Sequence record: OM135583.1
Source: Escherichia phage EP01
Reading direction: 5' to 3' (one strand)
DNA: 64,000 nt
This document shows, piece after piece, positions 51,109-60,630 of the stretch; the stretch's first letter is position 1; every line of letters starts with the position of its first letter. The translations under genes and the position numbers were made by a program. The notes under the pieces were generated by a model. That model did not search any database. It had not been told where the DNA came from and saw only the letters and a list, made by a program, of their open reading frames with translations.

Positions 51109-52089
51109 TTATTTCAGAAGAGTAACCTCAGCAATTTCTTCCCAACCGTTTTTGTCGGTCATAATAAAGTCAGCAAGATAAAGAGCAGTACGCAGTGAAA
51201 CATTTCGTAAACGATTAACATTAACTTTCATCCATGATAATGCTTTATAAGTTTCTTCATCAGAAAGACCGCGCTTTTGCATCATGTCAGTTGAAAGAAT
51301 AACATCTTCAACCCTGACCATAATTTCTTCATTAGTGTGAACACCCAAATCCAAATAAACTGAGCGGGACACTAATGCTTGTAAGTGTGGAGCAAGTTTA
51401 GTACCACGGTCTAATTCGCGGTCAATGTCAACGTTTGTGATAAAAACAATCGTTCCTTTAAATTCAAACTCACGGTCAATGCCTTTTTCTTCTAAGTAAG
51501 AAGATGCAGTGCTCCAGCAGACTTTACGGGTCTCTCCAGTGTCCAGAGCAGCTTTTAGAAGATTAAGAATGTCCATATCAGAGAAAACATCCACATCATC
51601 AATCAAAAGGACAGAATTCTCTTCACGATTATTCCAAAGCTGTTCATAAAGACCAATACCAGAGATTTTACCATTAATGCTTTTATATTCAATGTATCCA
51701 TTATCATTTGCTTTATTTAAAGCTTTATCTAAAGAATACGTTTTACCAATACCTGCTGCGCCAGAGATAATTAATGAACGAATATTTCCATTAATAATAC
51801 CATTCGTCATCATTCCCATAACATTAAATCTTTTATTAATGCGGGTTTTCATATCTTCATATGATTCTTTAACTTCTTCAACTTTTACACCATCATATGA
51901 AATATCTGATTTGTAAACCCAAACACCGCGACGTTTACCGTCAATTTCAACAAAAACTTTACCATCTCCTTGTGCATCTACCGGAGCATTATCTGGGAAC
52001 CATTCGCCTAAAAGCTCAAAAGTTCCAGAGATTTCTTTACCGAAGTAGATACCCTTATTGATAGTTACAGTTTTCATTTTATTCTCCAA
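51109..52089 (-). CDS. P-loop ATPase (Walker A GAAGIGKT, Walker B LLIDDVD), 326 aa
   Basis: Walker motifs; MENKM N-terminus downstream of repeated promoter cassette. Confidence 0.6.
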   Translation of the reverse strand: MENKMKTVTINKGIYFGKEISGTFELLGEWFPDNAPVDAQGDGKVFVEIDGKRRGVWVYKSDISYDGVKVEEVKESYEDMKTRINKRFNVMGMMTNGIINGNIRSLIISGAAGIGKTYSLDKALNKANDNGYIEYKSINGKISGIGLYEQLWNNREENSVLLIDDVDVFSDMDILNLLKAALDTGETRKVCWSTASSYLEEKGIDREFEFKGTIVFITNVDIDRELDRGTKLAPHLQALVSRSVYLDLGVHTNEEIMVRVEDVILSTDMMQKRGLSDEETYKALSWMKVNVNRLRNVSLRTALYLADFIMTDKNGWEEIAEVTLLK

Positions 52090-52170
52090 ATCTGTATCAG
52101 TAGTTGATAGTTGTATAGTACCATAAAGCTTTATGCTTGTAAACCGTTTTGTGAAAAAATTTTAAAATAA
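52076..52170 (-). repeat. repeated promoter/RBS cassette, copy C
   Basis: See copy A. Confidence 0.65.
52115..52144 (-). promoter_or_regulatory. early promoter within repeated cassette copy C
   Basis: GTTTAC-N17-GTACTAT. Confidence 0.55.
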
Positions 52171-52205
52171 AAAAGGGGACCTCTAGGGCCCCCCTTTGTG
52201 TTGAT

Positions 52206-52691
52206 TTATTCCATTTCTACTATATGCATGTTCTTTTTGCTATCAAAATATATGTTTTTAACTATTAACTCAGAATTAATTGGCAGTAAAAACTCTCTTT
52301 CATAATCTACCATACAAAGATTATCATAAAGCTTGTTAAGCTTATCATCGTCAGTTTGGCCAGATTCTTCAATTGCGATTAAATTTTCTAAAATGTCAAT
52401 CATAGCAGTCGAATAGTCAAAAACGTTTGCATTTTTTAACACTACTAAAACATTAGTCATATAGCGTTCTGCAGCAAACGTTTCAGCTATATGAGACTCA
52501 CTGCTAAAGGAAGTTATTCTTTTAAATTTGATTCTCCTATTAACTTCAAACTTATAAGATAGCACTTCCTCTATTGTAAGTCCTCTAAAAAGTATGTCTT
52601 TAATCTCAAGTTTGTCTTTAATGTAATCATTAACACGCTTATGATTAAAATCATTAATTTTGTTGCCAAGGCATTGCATTAAAATATGCAT
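52206..52691 (-). CDS. hypothetical protein, 161 aa
   Basis: ORF track; promoter upstream, hairpin downstream. Confidence 0.5.
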   Translation of the reverse strand: MHILMQCLGNKINDFNHKRVNDYIKDKLEIKDILFRGLTIEEVLSYKFEVNRRIKFKRITSFSSESHIAETFAAERYMTNVLVVLKNANVFDYSTAMIDILENLIAIEESGQTDDDKLNKLYDNLCMVDYEREFLLPINSELIVKNIYFDSKKNMHIVEME

Positions 52692-52735
52692 TGTATTCTC
52701 CTCAATTTTTAAAGAGCAATTAATTAACTACACAT

Positions 52736-52767
52736 ATATTATAATATGCTTTGCGACAGAAGTAAAC
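52736..52767 (-). promoter_or_regulatory. early promoter
   Basis: GTTTAC-N17-TATAAT. Confidence 0.55.
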
Positions 52768-52797
52768 AACTTTGTGACGTCATTTTAAACAAAAAAG

Positions 52798-52815
52798 GGA
52801 GCCCGAAGGCTCCCT
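52798..52815 (-). terminator. UUCG-tetraloop hairpin directly after the nucleotidyltransferase-like gene
   Basis: gggagcc-cgaa-ggctccc, flanked by A/T runs. Confidence 0.5.
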
Positions 52816-52816
52816 A

Positions 52817-53830
52817 TCATTTATAATAACTTCGATGGTTTTCAAGATACACCCTCTCAAGGAAGTCATCCCAGAAACCCATGTCTACTTTTTGCTGCAT
52901 ACCGTTCTTAGAAGCTTCAATTGATGCTGCTTCTACTTGATCGACCACATCTTCCAAAAACTCTTGAACCGTTTTAAATGGATGTTTACCCAACTTCACG
53001 TCGAGAATAAATGGAGCATCTTGGAGTGGATAGACTAAGTCACCAGTTTTGTAAATTTCCAATAGTTGGAGTCCACCGCGGCAAGCATGACTCAGTGCTT
53101 TCCAGTCAATGCCCTCATTCGCTTCAGCTTTACGAGCACGTTCGCCGTATTCAGCATCAAGTTTATTCAAAGACTGCTTAAGCTCAATAAGAGAAAGAGT
53201 TGTCTGATATTTACGACCCAACACAGTATAGAACATTTGTGGGCCTGTTTTCTCATGATTATGGAACACCCATTCACAGAATTCGTTTTCTGGAAGACGA
53301 TGTTTAATATCTTCTACACGAGTACGACGTTGCTTAGTCGAACCATCTTCTCGGTAATCAACCCACTGATCGGGGATTTGATTAACTACTTTCAATACAT
53401 CACGTAATGCAGCCAAACGAGAACCCTTAACACCATATTTAGAAGCTTGCTTGCGGACATATCCTAAATAGGATTTCATGTTAGTCGTATAAAAACGAGA
53501 ACGATTGTCTTGAATAAACTTCCATACATCAGGCAAATCAGATTTAACCACTAGCTCAGGTGGAGTGTGAAGCATATCCAATGCTACAGTTTCACCATCT
53601 GCTGCTAATTTAAAGAAATACTTAAGACTGTATAGTTCATGGTCAATATCATCTTTAGTGTTTTTAGATGATGTGTTGTTAGTGTTTTTACTCATATGCT
53701 CTTTAACATTTCCGATAAGAATATCACGAGCAGGAGGAACAAAGATTTCTTTAAAATCTACATCAGATTCTGGAGTAGAAGTTCCATAAAGATGACTACC
53801 AAAATAGCTTTTCATTACTGTTTTCATCAT
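52817..53830 (-). CDS. Pol-beta superfamily nucleotidyltransferase-like protein, 337 aa
   Basis: N-terminal GSHLYGTSTPESDVDF (GS-x10-DxD) then DIDHE acidic cluster; helical C-terminal half. Confidence 0.6.
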   Translation of the reverse strand: MMKTVMKSYFGSHLYGTSTPESDVDFKEIFVPPARDILIGNVKEHMSKNTNNTSSKNTKDDIDHELYSLKYFFKLAADGETVALDMLHTPPELVVKSDLPDVWKFIQDNRSRFYTTNMKSYLGYVRKQASKYGVKGSRLAALRDVLKVVNQIPDQWVDYREDGSTKQRRTRVEDIKHRLPENEFCEWVFHNHEKTGPQMFYTVLGRKYQTTLSLIELKQSLNKLDAEYGERARKAEANEGIDWKALSHACRGGLQLLEIYKTGDLVYPLQDAPFILDVKLGKHPFKTVQEFLEDVVDQVEAASIEASKNGMQQKVDMGFWDDFLERVYLENHRSYYK

Positions 53831-54288
53831 TCAGCCTTATATTCAATAACAGGACATACTTTAGCTTTACGAGCTTTTAAAAATTCGACGATAATAGATT
53901 TCTTGGGTTTAATAGGAGGTAAACCTTTATACGCCCTATCAATATTTTCTACATGTAAAGCATAATCCTTTTTCCATTTATAATCTTTATATTTTTCATG
54001 TAGTTGTGCAGGAATAACAAATGAACCAATAATAAGTAAAACAAGCAAAATGGCAAGTATAAATGCTGATGGAATAAGAGTCCATAAACTACCAAAAATA
54101 AGCCATTTCTGCATGATTTCTGCGCAGATGATAGTTAGACCTGCGAGTATAGTACATCCGAAAAAAGAAACGAAAAATGTAGGAATAACAATAGACCAAA
54201 AATATGCACACAGTGTCTTAGGTCGTTTCCATTCATCATTAAACATTTTGAATAATTTATAGTGCCAAGAGCTTTCATTAATAATCAT
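53827..54288 (-). CDS. small 2-TM membrane protein with basic cytoplasmic tail, 153 aa
   Basis: Two long hydrophobic segments; stop overlaps nucleotidyltransferase start (ATGA). Confidence 0.55.
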   Translation of the reverse strand: MIINESSWHYKLFKMFNDEWKRPKTLCAYFWSIVIPTFFVSFFGCTILAGLTIICAEIMQKWLIFGSLWTLIPSAFILAILLVLLIIGSFVIPAQLHEKYKDYKWKKDYALHVENIDRAYKGLPPIKPKKSIIVEFLKARKAKVCPVIEYKAE

Positions 54289-54290
54289 AA

Positions 54291-54812
54291 TTATCCTTTC
54301 ATTGAAGGTGTAACAGTTGTTAAATACTTAATCATAGCTTCAGCTTCTGATTTTGATAATGAAATTTCTCCATTGTTTTGACGAATAGAAATAAAATCCG
54401 GATGACGGTCACCACCAGCTTTTAAAACACACATATAAGTATCAGTTTCATCTTCAATATCTGAAATGATTGAAGCAGTTCCGCATGAATGTGGTTTTTG
54501 ATAAATCAATACAGCTTTTCTTCCGCCATTTGACTGTTCATAAACTTTTAACACATCAAACAAATCACTTCTTTTATCAATAGCTAAAATGTTATTTTCA
54601 TCTTCAATGTTAAATCCTTCGGATACTTCATAAAGTGTCACCCATAAATCACCGATGTCAATAACAGCATTTACTTTTCCATGACTTTCAAGAGCACGGC
54701 AAATTTTCTTGATTTCGTCATAACTCATTTTAATAATATCATCTCCTTGAATAAGGAAGATGTCATTTTTAAATTCAACACGAATTAAACCGCTTTCACT
54801 TGAAATAAACAT
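54291..54812 (-). CDS. hypothetical protein, 173 aa, paralogue of the next gene
   Basis: Shares GFNIE(D/S)E core and C-terminal (S/T)K(S/D)EA.A.K.YL..V.P(S/T)M with the 185-aa neighbour. Confidence 0.55.
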   Translation of the reverse strand: MFISSESGLIRVEFKNDIFLIQGDDIIKMSYDEIKKICRALESHGKVNAVIDIGDLWVTLYEVSEGFNIEDENNILAIDKRSDLFDVLKVYEQSNGGRKAVLIYQKPHSCGTASIISDIEDETDTYMCVLKAGGDRHPDFISIRQNNGEISLSKSEAEAMIKYLTTVTPSMKG

Positions 54813-54818
54813 ATTTCC

Positions 54819-55376
54819 TCACTTTGAAATCATAGTTGGAATGACAGAATCAAGATAAGTCTTTAGCGCAATAGCTTCGTCTTTGGTAAATGTGACAATA
54901 TGTGATCGAAAATCGTCAATTTGACGAATAGTTAAGACATCTCCTTCTTCATAACATTTTGATACATTTAAAACAGTTTCATCATTCTGATTGCAAGCGT
55001 TAGTAATAATAGCATTGCAATTTTTGAGCCATTTTAAACTATGTTTTCTTTCATTAGAATAATAAAAATATTTAATCTTATCTATAAAACTATCCCAATG
55101 GATAACTGATAAGCATATTGACTCGCTTTCAATATTAAATCCTGGGCATGAAGAATAAAAATGAATTTTATGCTCATCATTAATGCTTACAATTTTATCA
55201 GTATAAGGATTTTCAATTTGGGTTAAATGAATGATTTCACTAGGCGTAAAATATAGCATATCGTCTTCTTGCGTCAAACGATACATATTATTTACTTTTT
55301 CTATAGCCAATTCACCAAAAAGTGAACTAACTTCTAATACTAATCGTTTCATATTGATTCTCTTCGACTCACTCAC
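54819..55376 (-). CDS. hypothetical protein, 185 aa, paralogue of the previous gene
   Basis: See paralogue; first gene after the early promoter at 55511-55541. Confidence 0.55.
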   Translation of the reverse strand: MSESKRINMKRLVLEVSSLFGELAIEKVNNMYRLTQEDDMLYFTPSEIIHLTQIENPYTDKIVSINDEHKIHFYSSCPGFNIESESICLSVIHWDSFIDKIKYFYYSNERKHSLKWLKNCNAIITNACNQNDETVLNVSKCYEEGDVLTIRQIDDFRSHIVTFTKDEAIALKTYLDSVIPTMISK

Positions 55377-55510
55377 AATTACATACTCCTTTGAATAATA
55401 TCAATAATGTTGTTCACCAGATTATAAGTAAACATTGGGTAATTATATTGAATCATCACATACACAACAAACAAAACTTTCATTCTCTTCTCCTTGGCAG
55501 TTGACAAGAT

Positions 55511-55541
55511 TACTATATCATAACCTTGCCAACTTGTAAAC
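55511..55541 (-). promoter_or_regulatory. early promoter heading the four-gene cassette
   Basis: GTTTAC-N17-TATAGT; ~130 nt upstream of the 185-aa gene. Confidence 0.55.
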
Positions 55542-55543
55542 CA

Positions 55544-55717
55544 TTAAATGACGTTTTCAATAAAATTCTGAAGCTTTGTGTGAGCATCAATCATGATTTT
55601 CATTTCTTCCTTTGCGAAAGCTGTACCTCTTTCACGAGAAGAATACTCATAATCAGAAACTGCATTAGCATATTCTTCAATTAGCTTCATTAAAAACATC
55701 TGCTTTTCAGTTTTCAT
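55544..55717 (-). CDS. hypothetical protein, 57 aa (below track cutoff)
   Basis: Hand-translated; AGGTGG SD; start overlaps upstream stop. Confidence 0.35.
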   Translation of the reverse strand: MKTEKQMFLMKLIEEYANAVSDYEYSSRERGTAFAKEEMKIMIDAHTKLQNFIENVI

Positions 55718-55901
55718 TATTCCACCTAATCATTTCAAGATATTGAACTAACTTAGCTTTGGATTTATCCAAATCCTTTTTAGCCGCTTCTATACCATCG
55801 TATGAATATCCTTCACAATGCTCAACTGCCAATTGGTATGAATCTATTTCAATATCACGTGCTAATTTAATGATTTTTTCAAACTGTTCACGTGTTAGCA
55901 T
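55707..55901 (-). CDS. hypothetical protein, 64 aa
   Basis: ORF track. Confidence 0.4.
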   Translation of the reverse strand: MLTREQFEKIIKLARDIEIDSYQLAVEHCEGYSYDGIEAAKKDLDKSKAKLVQYLEMIRWNNEN

Positions 55902-55903
55902 AC

Positions 55904-56143
55904 TTAAACTCTCGTATTGTGATCGATAATTTCATCAAGAAACATATCTAAAGCTTCTACAGCATTATCAACTTTAGCTTCAAGTTCTTCAGCGCCTTTA
56001 TTTGCAATGCCTGCCGAAAACCAAGCAAAGTCACTAAGTTCCTCGTCTGCTTTGCGAATTAAAGCTACCAATTCTTTAATTTTATCTGCTTGTTCTATAC
56101 TAAGCATTATTCCACCACATATGAAAGAGAGAACATTGCACAC
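55904..56143 (-). CDS. hypothetical protein, 79 aa
   Basis: ORF track. Confidence 0.4.
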   Translation of the reverse strand: MCNVLSFICGGIMLSIEQADKIKELVALIRKADEELSDFAWFSAGIANKGAEELEAKVDNAVEALDMFLDEIIDHNTRV

Positions 56144-56295
56144 GCCATATGAGTTGCAGCTTCATCACACATATCATAACGTTTCTTAAGAAGTTCTACA
56201 AGCTCTTCACTGGTAACTTCATCCATGTCGACGAAAAAATCACCATTAATGATGACGTAGATATTTCCTTCTTGATTAAGTGCTTCAATTTTCAT
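56107..56295 (-). CDS. hypothetical acidic protein, 62 aa (start trimmed)
   Basis: Track ORF ran into promoter; ATG at 56295 behind GAGGAG. Confidence 0.4.
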   Translation of the reverse strand: MKIEALNQEGNIYVIINGDFFVDMDEVTSEELVELLKKRYDMCDEAATHMACAMFSLSYVVE

Positions 56296-56322
56296 GATGT
56301 TCTCCTCTTTATCCGATGGTTG

Positions 56323-56353
56323 TATAGTATCACAGCTCAAATGGAAAGTAAAC
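56323..56353 (-). promoter_or_regulatory. early promoter
   Basis: Plus strand tatagtatc...gtaaac. Confidence 0.55.
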
Positions 56354-56369
56354 CGGTAAAATGAAAAAA

Positions 56370-56385
56370 GTCTCCCGAAGGAGAC
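56370..56385 (-). terminator. UUCG-tetraloop hairpin
   Basis: gtctcc-cgaa-ggagac. Confidence 0.45.
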
Positions 56386-56390
56386 TAATG

Positions 56391-56777
56391 TTATTCGAGG
56401 GAAAGAAGATACTTACTTTGATAAAACATTCCAGTAATATCATCTATCGTGCTTTGAATGGCTGGAGGCATTTCTTTGTAAATGCTGTTAGATTGGTCTA
56501 GTATACGATCAATCATTTTAATTGTGTCGGTAGGAAGTTTACTAGCATCTGGAATTGAAGGTGTGTATTTTCTACCAGAATACCCCAAATATTGCTCACC
56601 AAATTTATCAATCAAATCTGGCAACTCGGAGAAAATAAAATCGTATGCTTTGTGTCTAGCATAACTTTTAGTTTCAAAATGTGCAGAATGAAAATAAGCT
56701 TGTGCAGCCATTAATAAACCTAAGTATTCATCTGCCTTTGAAGGTTTTCCACTTTGTGAAAAGTCGCTGAATTTCAT
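56391..56777 (-). CDS. hypothetical protein, 128 aa
   Basis: ORF track; overlaps rI stop. Confidence 0.5.
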   Translation of the reverse strand: MKFSDFSQSGKPSKADEYLGLLMAAQAYFHSAHFETKSYARHKAYDFIFSELPDLIDKFGEQYLGYSGRKYTPSIPDASKLPTDTIKMIDRILDQSNSIYKEMPPAIQSTIDDITGMFYQSKYLLSLE

Positions 56778-57067
56778 TCAGTCTCCAATTTAATGTTCAT
56801 AATTCTAGCGTATGATTGTGCCATCTCCGCGCCTCGCTCTATACATTCAAAATCGGAAGAGCACGGGTCATTTTTATAGGTCGTTCGCATAAAACTATAG
56901 AACTGTTCAGATGATTCTACGCTTTTATTTTCAAAAAGCATATAAACGTGTCTAATACCAGATTCCATAAATTTATCAAAATGAGGATCGACATTCGCTT
57001 CAATCGATGGAGATAAAACAAATGACAATCCTAGCATGGCAAAAAGTGCCGTTGCTTTTAAGGCCAT
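56774..57067 (-). CDS. rI: lysis inhibition regulator rI, 97 aa
   Basis: MALKATALFAMLGLSFVLSPSIEA signal anchor; 97 aa; matches T4 RI. Confidence 0.9.
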   Translation of the reverse strand: MALKATALFAMLGLSFVLSPSIEANVDPHFDKFMESGIRHVYMLFENKSVESSEQFYSFMRTTYKNDPCSSDFECIERGAEMAQSYARIMNIKLETE

Positions 57068-57079
57068 AAAGGCCTCCTA

Positions 57080-57292
57080 TCATTTTTGTCCTGTATTTAC
57101 TTTGTGCCGGTGCACGGCCTTAACTTTATCAAGGTATTTTTCAAAATTTCGCAATCTAGTATAGTCTGCCGGAGATTGGTTGAGCGATACTTCTCGACGC
57201 AAAGCTGAAATGATATTTCCAACTTCCCTACGAATTTCATCTAATTGAAGCACAGTAAGATTGCGAAGTTGCTTTTCAGTTAATTGTAGCAT
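57080..57292 (-). CDS. hypothetical protein, 70 aa
   Basis: ORF track. Confidence 0.45.
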
Positions 57293-57334
57293 ATATACCC
57301 CTTTAGTTAGATAAACCTATTTATAACTTTTGTA

Positions 57335-57916
57335 CTAACCAAGCTTTTTAGTTAATTCATTCCAATGTTTTCTACACAAAGAAACATAAATTTCATCACC
57401 AATACAGATTTGATCACCTTCTTTAACTGGTGTTCCATCTTCCATTAATCGAGCTGTCATAATCGCTTTTTTACCGCAATGACAAACTGCCTTCAGTTCA
57501 ATAAGTTTATCTGCAATCGCCAAAAGTTCTTTAGAACCTTCAAATAATTTTCCGGCGAAATCAGTCCTTAGACCATAAGCCATAACAGGAACATTATATG
57601 TATCGACAATTCGGCTTAATTGATGCACCTGTTCAGTTTTTAAAAACTGTGCTTCATCTACAAATACACAATGAATATCTTTTTGTGCTTCAGCCCATTT
57701 ATAGAACTCAAAAATATCCATATCATCTGTAATAATATTCGCTTCCTGTTTAATTCCAATGCGAGAAACGACTTCACAGACAGAATCGCGAGTATCAATA
57801 GCAGGCTTAAGAACTAATACACTCATTCCACGTTCTTTATAATTATGCGCAGCAGTCAAAAGAGAAGCAGATTTTCCAGCATTCATTGCTGCATAAGTAA
57901 AAATTAAACTCGCCAT
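57335..57916 (-). CDS. tk: thymidine kinase, 193 aa
   Basis: P-loop AAMNAGKS and C-terminal zinc-ribbon cysteines; 193 aa. Confidence 0.95.
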   Translation of the reverse strand: MASLIFTYAAMNAGKSASLLTAAHNYKERGMSVLVLKPAIDTRDSVCEVVSRIGIKQEANIITDDMDIFEFYKWAEAQKDIHCVFVDEAQFLKTEQVHQLSRIVDTYNVPVMAYGLRTDFAGKLFEGSKELLAIADKLIELKAVCHCGKKAIMTARLMEDGTPVKEGDQICIGDEIYVSLCRKHWNELTKKLG

Positions 57917-57917
57917 C

Positions 57918-58106
57918 TTAGTCCTTAGTTAAATTTTCTAAATATGTTTCTAAATCATTTTCAGCTTTATCGATAGATTTTACTAATTCGTAGTATGTTT
58001 CAGCATCTCCATAATCCGAAGCCAATTCAAAAGATAAATCTCGTTCTAAACTAATAATTTCGCTGATTAAAAATCGTATTTCATTCTTTTGTTCGCGAGT
58101 AATCAT
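57918..58106 (-). CDS. hypothetical acidic protein, 62 aa
   Basis: ORF track. Confidence 0.4.
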   Translation of the reverse strand: MITREQKNEIRFLISEIISLERDLSFELASDYGDAETYYELVKSIDKAENDLETYLENLTKD

Positions 58107-58309
58107 AAGGAATTTATATAATCAATAAGTTCTTGTTCTTTATCGTCGAAATCTTTACACAGTTCTTCGTATTCGTCGGTATTAAAAGGACCGCATTCAT
58201 CGCAAACTTTTTCCAATTCACTATTTTTATCAATAACTTCGTGAATAAGAGAAAACAGTCTGTCTTTTTGTTCTTTACTTAAACTCATAACCATGTAACC
58301 TTTAAGCAA
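58103..58309 (-). CDS. hypothetical acidic protein, 68 aa
   Basis: ORF track. Confidence 0.4.
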   Translation of the reverse strand: MLKGYMVMSLSKEQKDRLFSLIHEVIDKNSELEKVCDECGPFNTDEYEELCKDFDDKEQELIDYINSL

Positions 58310-58497
58310 TATTCTTCTACATGTTGTTTACGACCTTTCCTATCAATAAAGGTATATTCAACGAATGTTCCAATATAGTCTTTATCTACATCATGTGGAC
58401 TATTAATTGGGCATTTAGTACGGCAAATGCGTTCCCATTGACGAATAATTTCCGCTTTATTTTTAGGGTCAAACGGATGCGGGTAATGTGCTTTCAT
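58285..58497 (-). CDS. hypothetical protein, 70 aa
   Basis: ORF track. Confidence 0.4.
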   Translation of the reverse strand: MKAHYPHPFDPKNKAEIIRQWERICRTKCPINSPHDVDKDYIGTFVEYTFIDRKGRKQHVEEYCLKVTWL

Positions 58498-58948
58498 AAT
58501 CCACCACTATTAAATCAATATCAGGAGTAAACATGTCGATTAATTTAGAAACCTTATCCCAATCGCCTCCAGCAATACCGCAACCTATGCGTGGAATGTA
58601 AATTACTGGTTTAAACAAAAGGGTTTCTGCCTGTAAATTTAATTCTATCATGCAATTTACTAAAGCACCATAATCAAGATTAGGACCCGGTTCGTATTGC
58701 GTATACAGATTATAGCATATACCAAATCCCGTAGGACTATGCTTAAAAACAATAGACATATCGCCTAATTTATCACGAGAACCGTATTCGGTAGTGGTTT
58801 TATCTATTTCTAAAATTTTGGGATAGGCTCTTGCTAATTGACCCGCTACGCCAGAGCCCATTGTGTGGAAGCAGTTGCACCCATGCGCAATAATATTACC
58901 TTGAAGAAATAGGGCGACAATATCGCCCTTGATATATTTTACAATCAT
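58469..58948 (-). CDS. macro-domain (ADP-ribose binding/processing) protein, 159 aa
   Basis: HGCNCFHTMGSGVAGQLA and IGCGIAGGDW glycine-rich macro-domain signatures. Confidence 0.6.
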   Translation of the reverse strand: MIVKYIKGDIVALFLQGNIIAHGCNCFHTMGSGVAGQLARAYPKILEIDKTTTEYGSRDKLGDMSIVFKHSPTGFGICYNLYTQYEPGPNLDYGALVNCMIELNLQAETLLFKPVIYIPRIGCGIAGGDWDKVSKLIDMFTPDIDLIVVDYESTLPASV

Positions 58949-59286
58949 CTAGTACTCAATCCTCGATTATAAGAATCTACCAAACGGTCAACCATTGAAT
59001 GACAAGCGGCTTTATCTTTCTCCTCCGCAACTGAACATTCTAAGGTATTCCACTTTTTAGCATATCGTTTTAATAAAGTATCATTTTTGTATCTGCTTGA
59101 TTTATCTCTTTCTCCGTCTTTATATGCATATATTAATTTCTGCGCAAATTCAGCTTGGCATGCTTTATTTTTCCCGCAATAATCCGCGGCAGTACGGTTT
59201 ACATACTCTCTAACTTCAGAATATGATATATCTGCTAACGCAGAAAATGAAATTAATCCTACACATAAAACCAAAATTTTAGTCAT
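58945..59286 (-). CDS. secreted protein with signal peptide, 113 aa
   Basis: Hydrophobic N-terminus ending ALA; four Cys. Confidence 0.5.
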   Translation of the reverse strand: MTKILVLCVGLISFSALADISYSEVREYVNRTAADYCGKNKACQAEFAQKLIYAYKDGERDKSSRYKNDTLLKRYAKKWNTLECSVAEEKDKAACHSMVDRLVDSYNRGLSTR

Positions 59287-59824
59287 TTACTATTTCCAGT
59301 AGTTTATTATTTTTAAGGTAGTTAGCCTTTTCTAGGACTTCAGAAGCATATTTAGAACCTGCTTTAACATTCCATCCCGAATTATAAGAGGATATTGCCT
59401 TTCTTATATCGCCCTTATGTATATTTAACCAATAAGAAAGTTCAATGTACGCCCAGGAAGCTGAATTGGACCGTTTATTCAACATTCTTTTTATTTCGGC
59501 ATCGGTCATATTATAACCAAGTTCCTTAACTCTTGCTCGCATAGTCGGCAAATAATTTTGGAACATTCCATAGGCATGATGCTTTGGTTTAGATTTTAAA
59601 TTAACTCCGGCAGAGCTTTCTTGCCATAAAATAGCAGCCATTATATGACCTAATCCGCTCTTGTGGATATTTTTGTGTGTTTTATATTTTCCATCCTTAG
59701 AAAATTGTTCCCCGAATTGATACGCGTAACGCATGTTATCGAGTTGGACATTACTGAAAGTATGCTCGGAGCTATGTGCCATCATAGAAATGGCCAATAG
59801 ACCAGCGAGTAGTGCTTTTCTCAT
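59279..59824 (-). CDS. lytic transglycosylase (SLT-domain)-like periplasmic protein, 181 aa
   Basis: Signal peptide; AILWQESS and YGMFQ motifs resembling SLT catalytic E-S and YGLMQ. Confidence 0.6.
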   Translation of the reverse strand: MRKALLAGLLAISMMAHSSEHTFSNVQLDNMRYAYQFGEQFSKDGKYKTHKNIHKSGLGHIMAAILWQESSAGVNLKSKPKHHAYGMFQNYLPTMRARVKELGYNMTDAEIKRMLNKRSNSASWAYIELSYWLNIHKGDIRKAISSYNSGWNVKAGSKYASEVLEKANYLKNNKLLEIVND

Positions 59825-59831
59825 GCTTACC

Positions 59832-60293
59832 TCATTGAGTTTTAATTACTGCTTTAGAAGCCTTTCCTGGTAAACGACGACTGTTGATAATTGCCATCCT
59901 GCACTGAAGTGACGGGTCTTTGAACTTCGCATTAGGTTTACAAACTGTAAATCCAAGCCAAAGATTTCCATCTGTGATTTCTAAACGTCCAGGACGATAT
60001 TCAACCCCATCAATAAAATCCTCATCAATGTCAGGACGTGGAGGCATACTCAGGAATTCATTAACTTCTAAAACGTGGTCTTTTATTTTATGGAATAATT
60101 CAAAAACATATGTCTCATCAATCTCCCGTTGAATTGCACGATCAAGAAGATGCTGAGAATATTTTAGATGAAACGATGAGACCCCTGCTGCTTTTGATGC
60201 CTCACGAATCTCATTGTTAATTTGACGAAACTCCGACTCAAAGTGACGACGGAGCTTATTTCGACGGATAAAAACTTCTGTGTTGATAGTCAT
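59832..60293 (-). CDS. regB: RegB endoribonuclease, 153 aa
   Basis: 153 aa; near-identical to T4 RegB as I recall it. Confidence 0.92.
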   Translation of the reverse strand: MTINTEVFIRRNKLRRHFESEFRQINNEIREASKAAGVSSFHLKYSQHLLDRAIQREIDETYVFELFHKIKDHVLEVNEFLSMPPRPDIDEDFIDGVEYRPGRLEITDGNLWLGFTVCKPNAKFKDPSLQCRMAIINSRRLPGKASKAVIKTQ

Positions 60294-60319
60294 GTTATTC
60301 TCCTCTTAACTGATAGAAA

Positions 60320-60349
60320 AATTATACCACAGTCAAGAGGAAAAGTAAA
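60320..60349 (-). promoter_or_regulatory. early promoter upstream of regB
   Basis: GTTTAC-N-TGGTATAAT. Confidence 0.65.
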
Positions 60350-60352
60350 CAG

Positions 60353-60630
60353 TTATTCTTTAAATCTAATCAATTTATTCATAGACTTTGAAACTTCTGC
60401 ACGAACCTCATGTAAGTTTTTAAGCTGTTCAAGACGCTGCTCATAGTAAGCAATTTCATCTTCTTCGAGACAGTCCTGTGAATCTTCTTTAAGATAACGC
60501 GCATAGTCCTGGAAAGCGTTACGAATTACTTCCTGGAAATCATCAAGACTTTGAATTTTCTTAGGAGCAACAGATACACGACGAGGGGCAGTATAATACT
60601 CATAACCAAGCCCTGCGCTTAATTGAGCCA
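60353..60630 (-). CDS. hypothetical protein, 92 aa (start trimmed)
   Basis: ATG overlaps stop of upstream ORF (TAATG). Confidence 0.45.
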
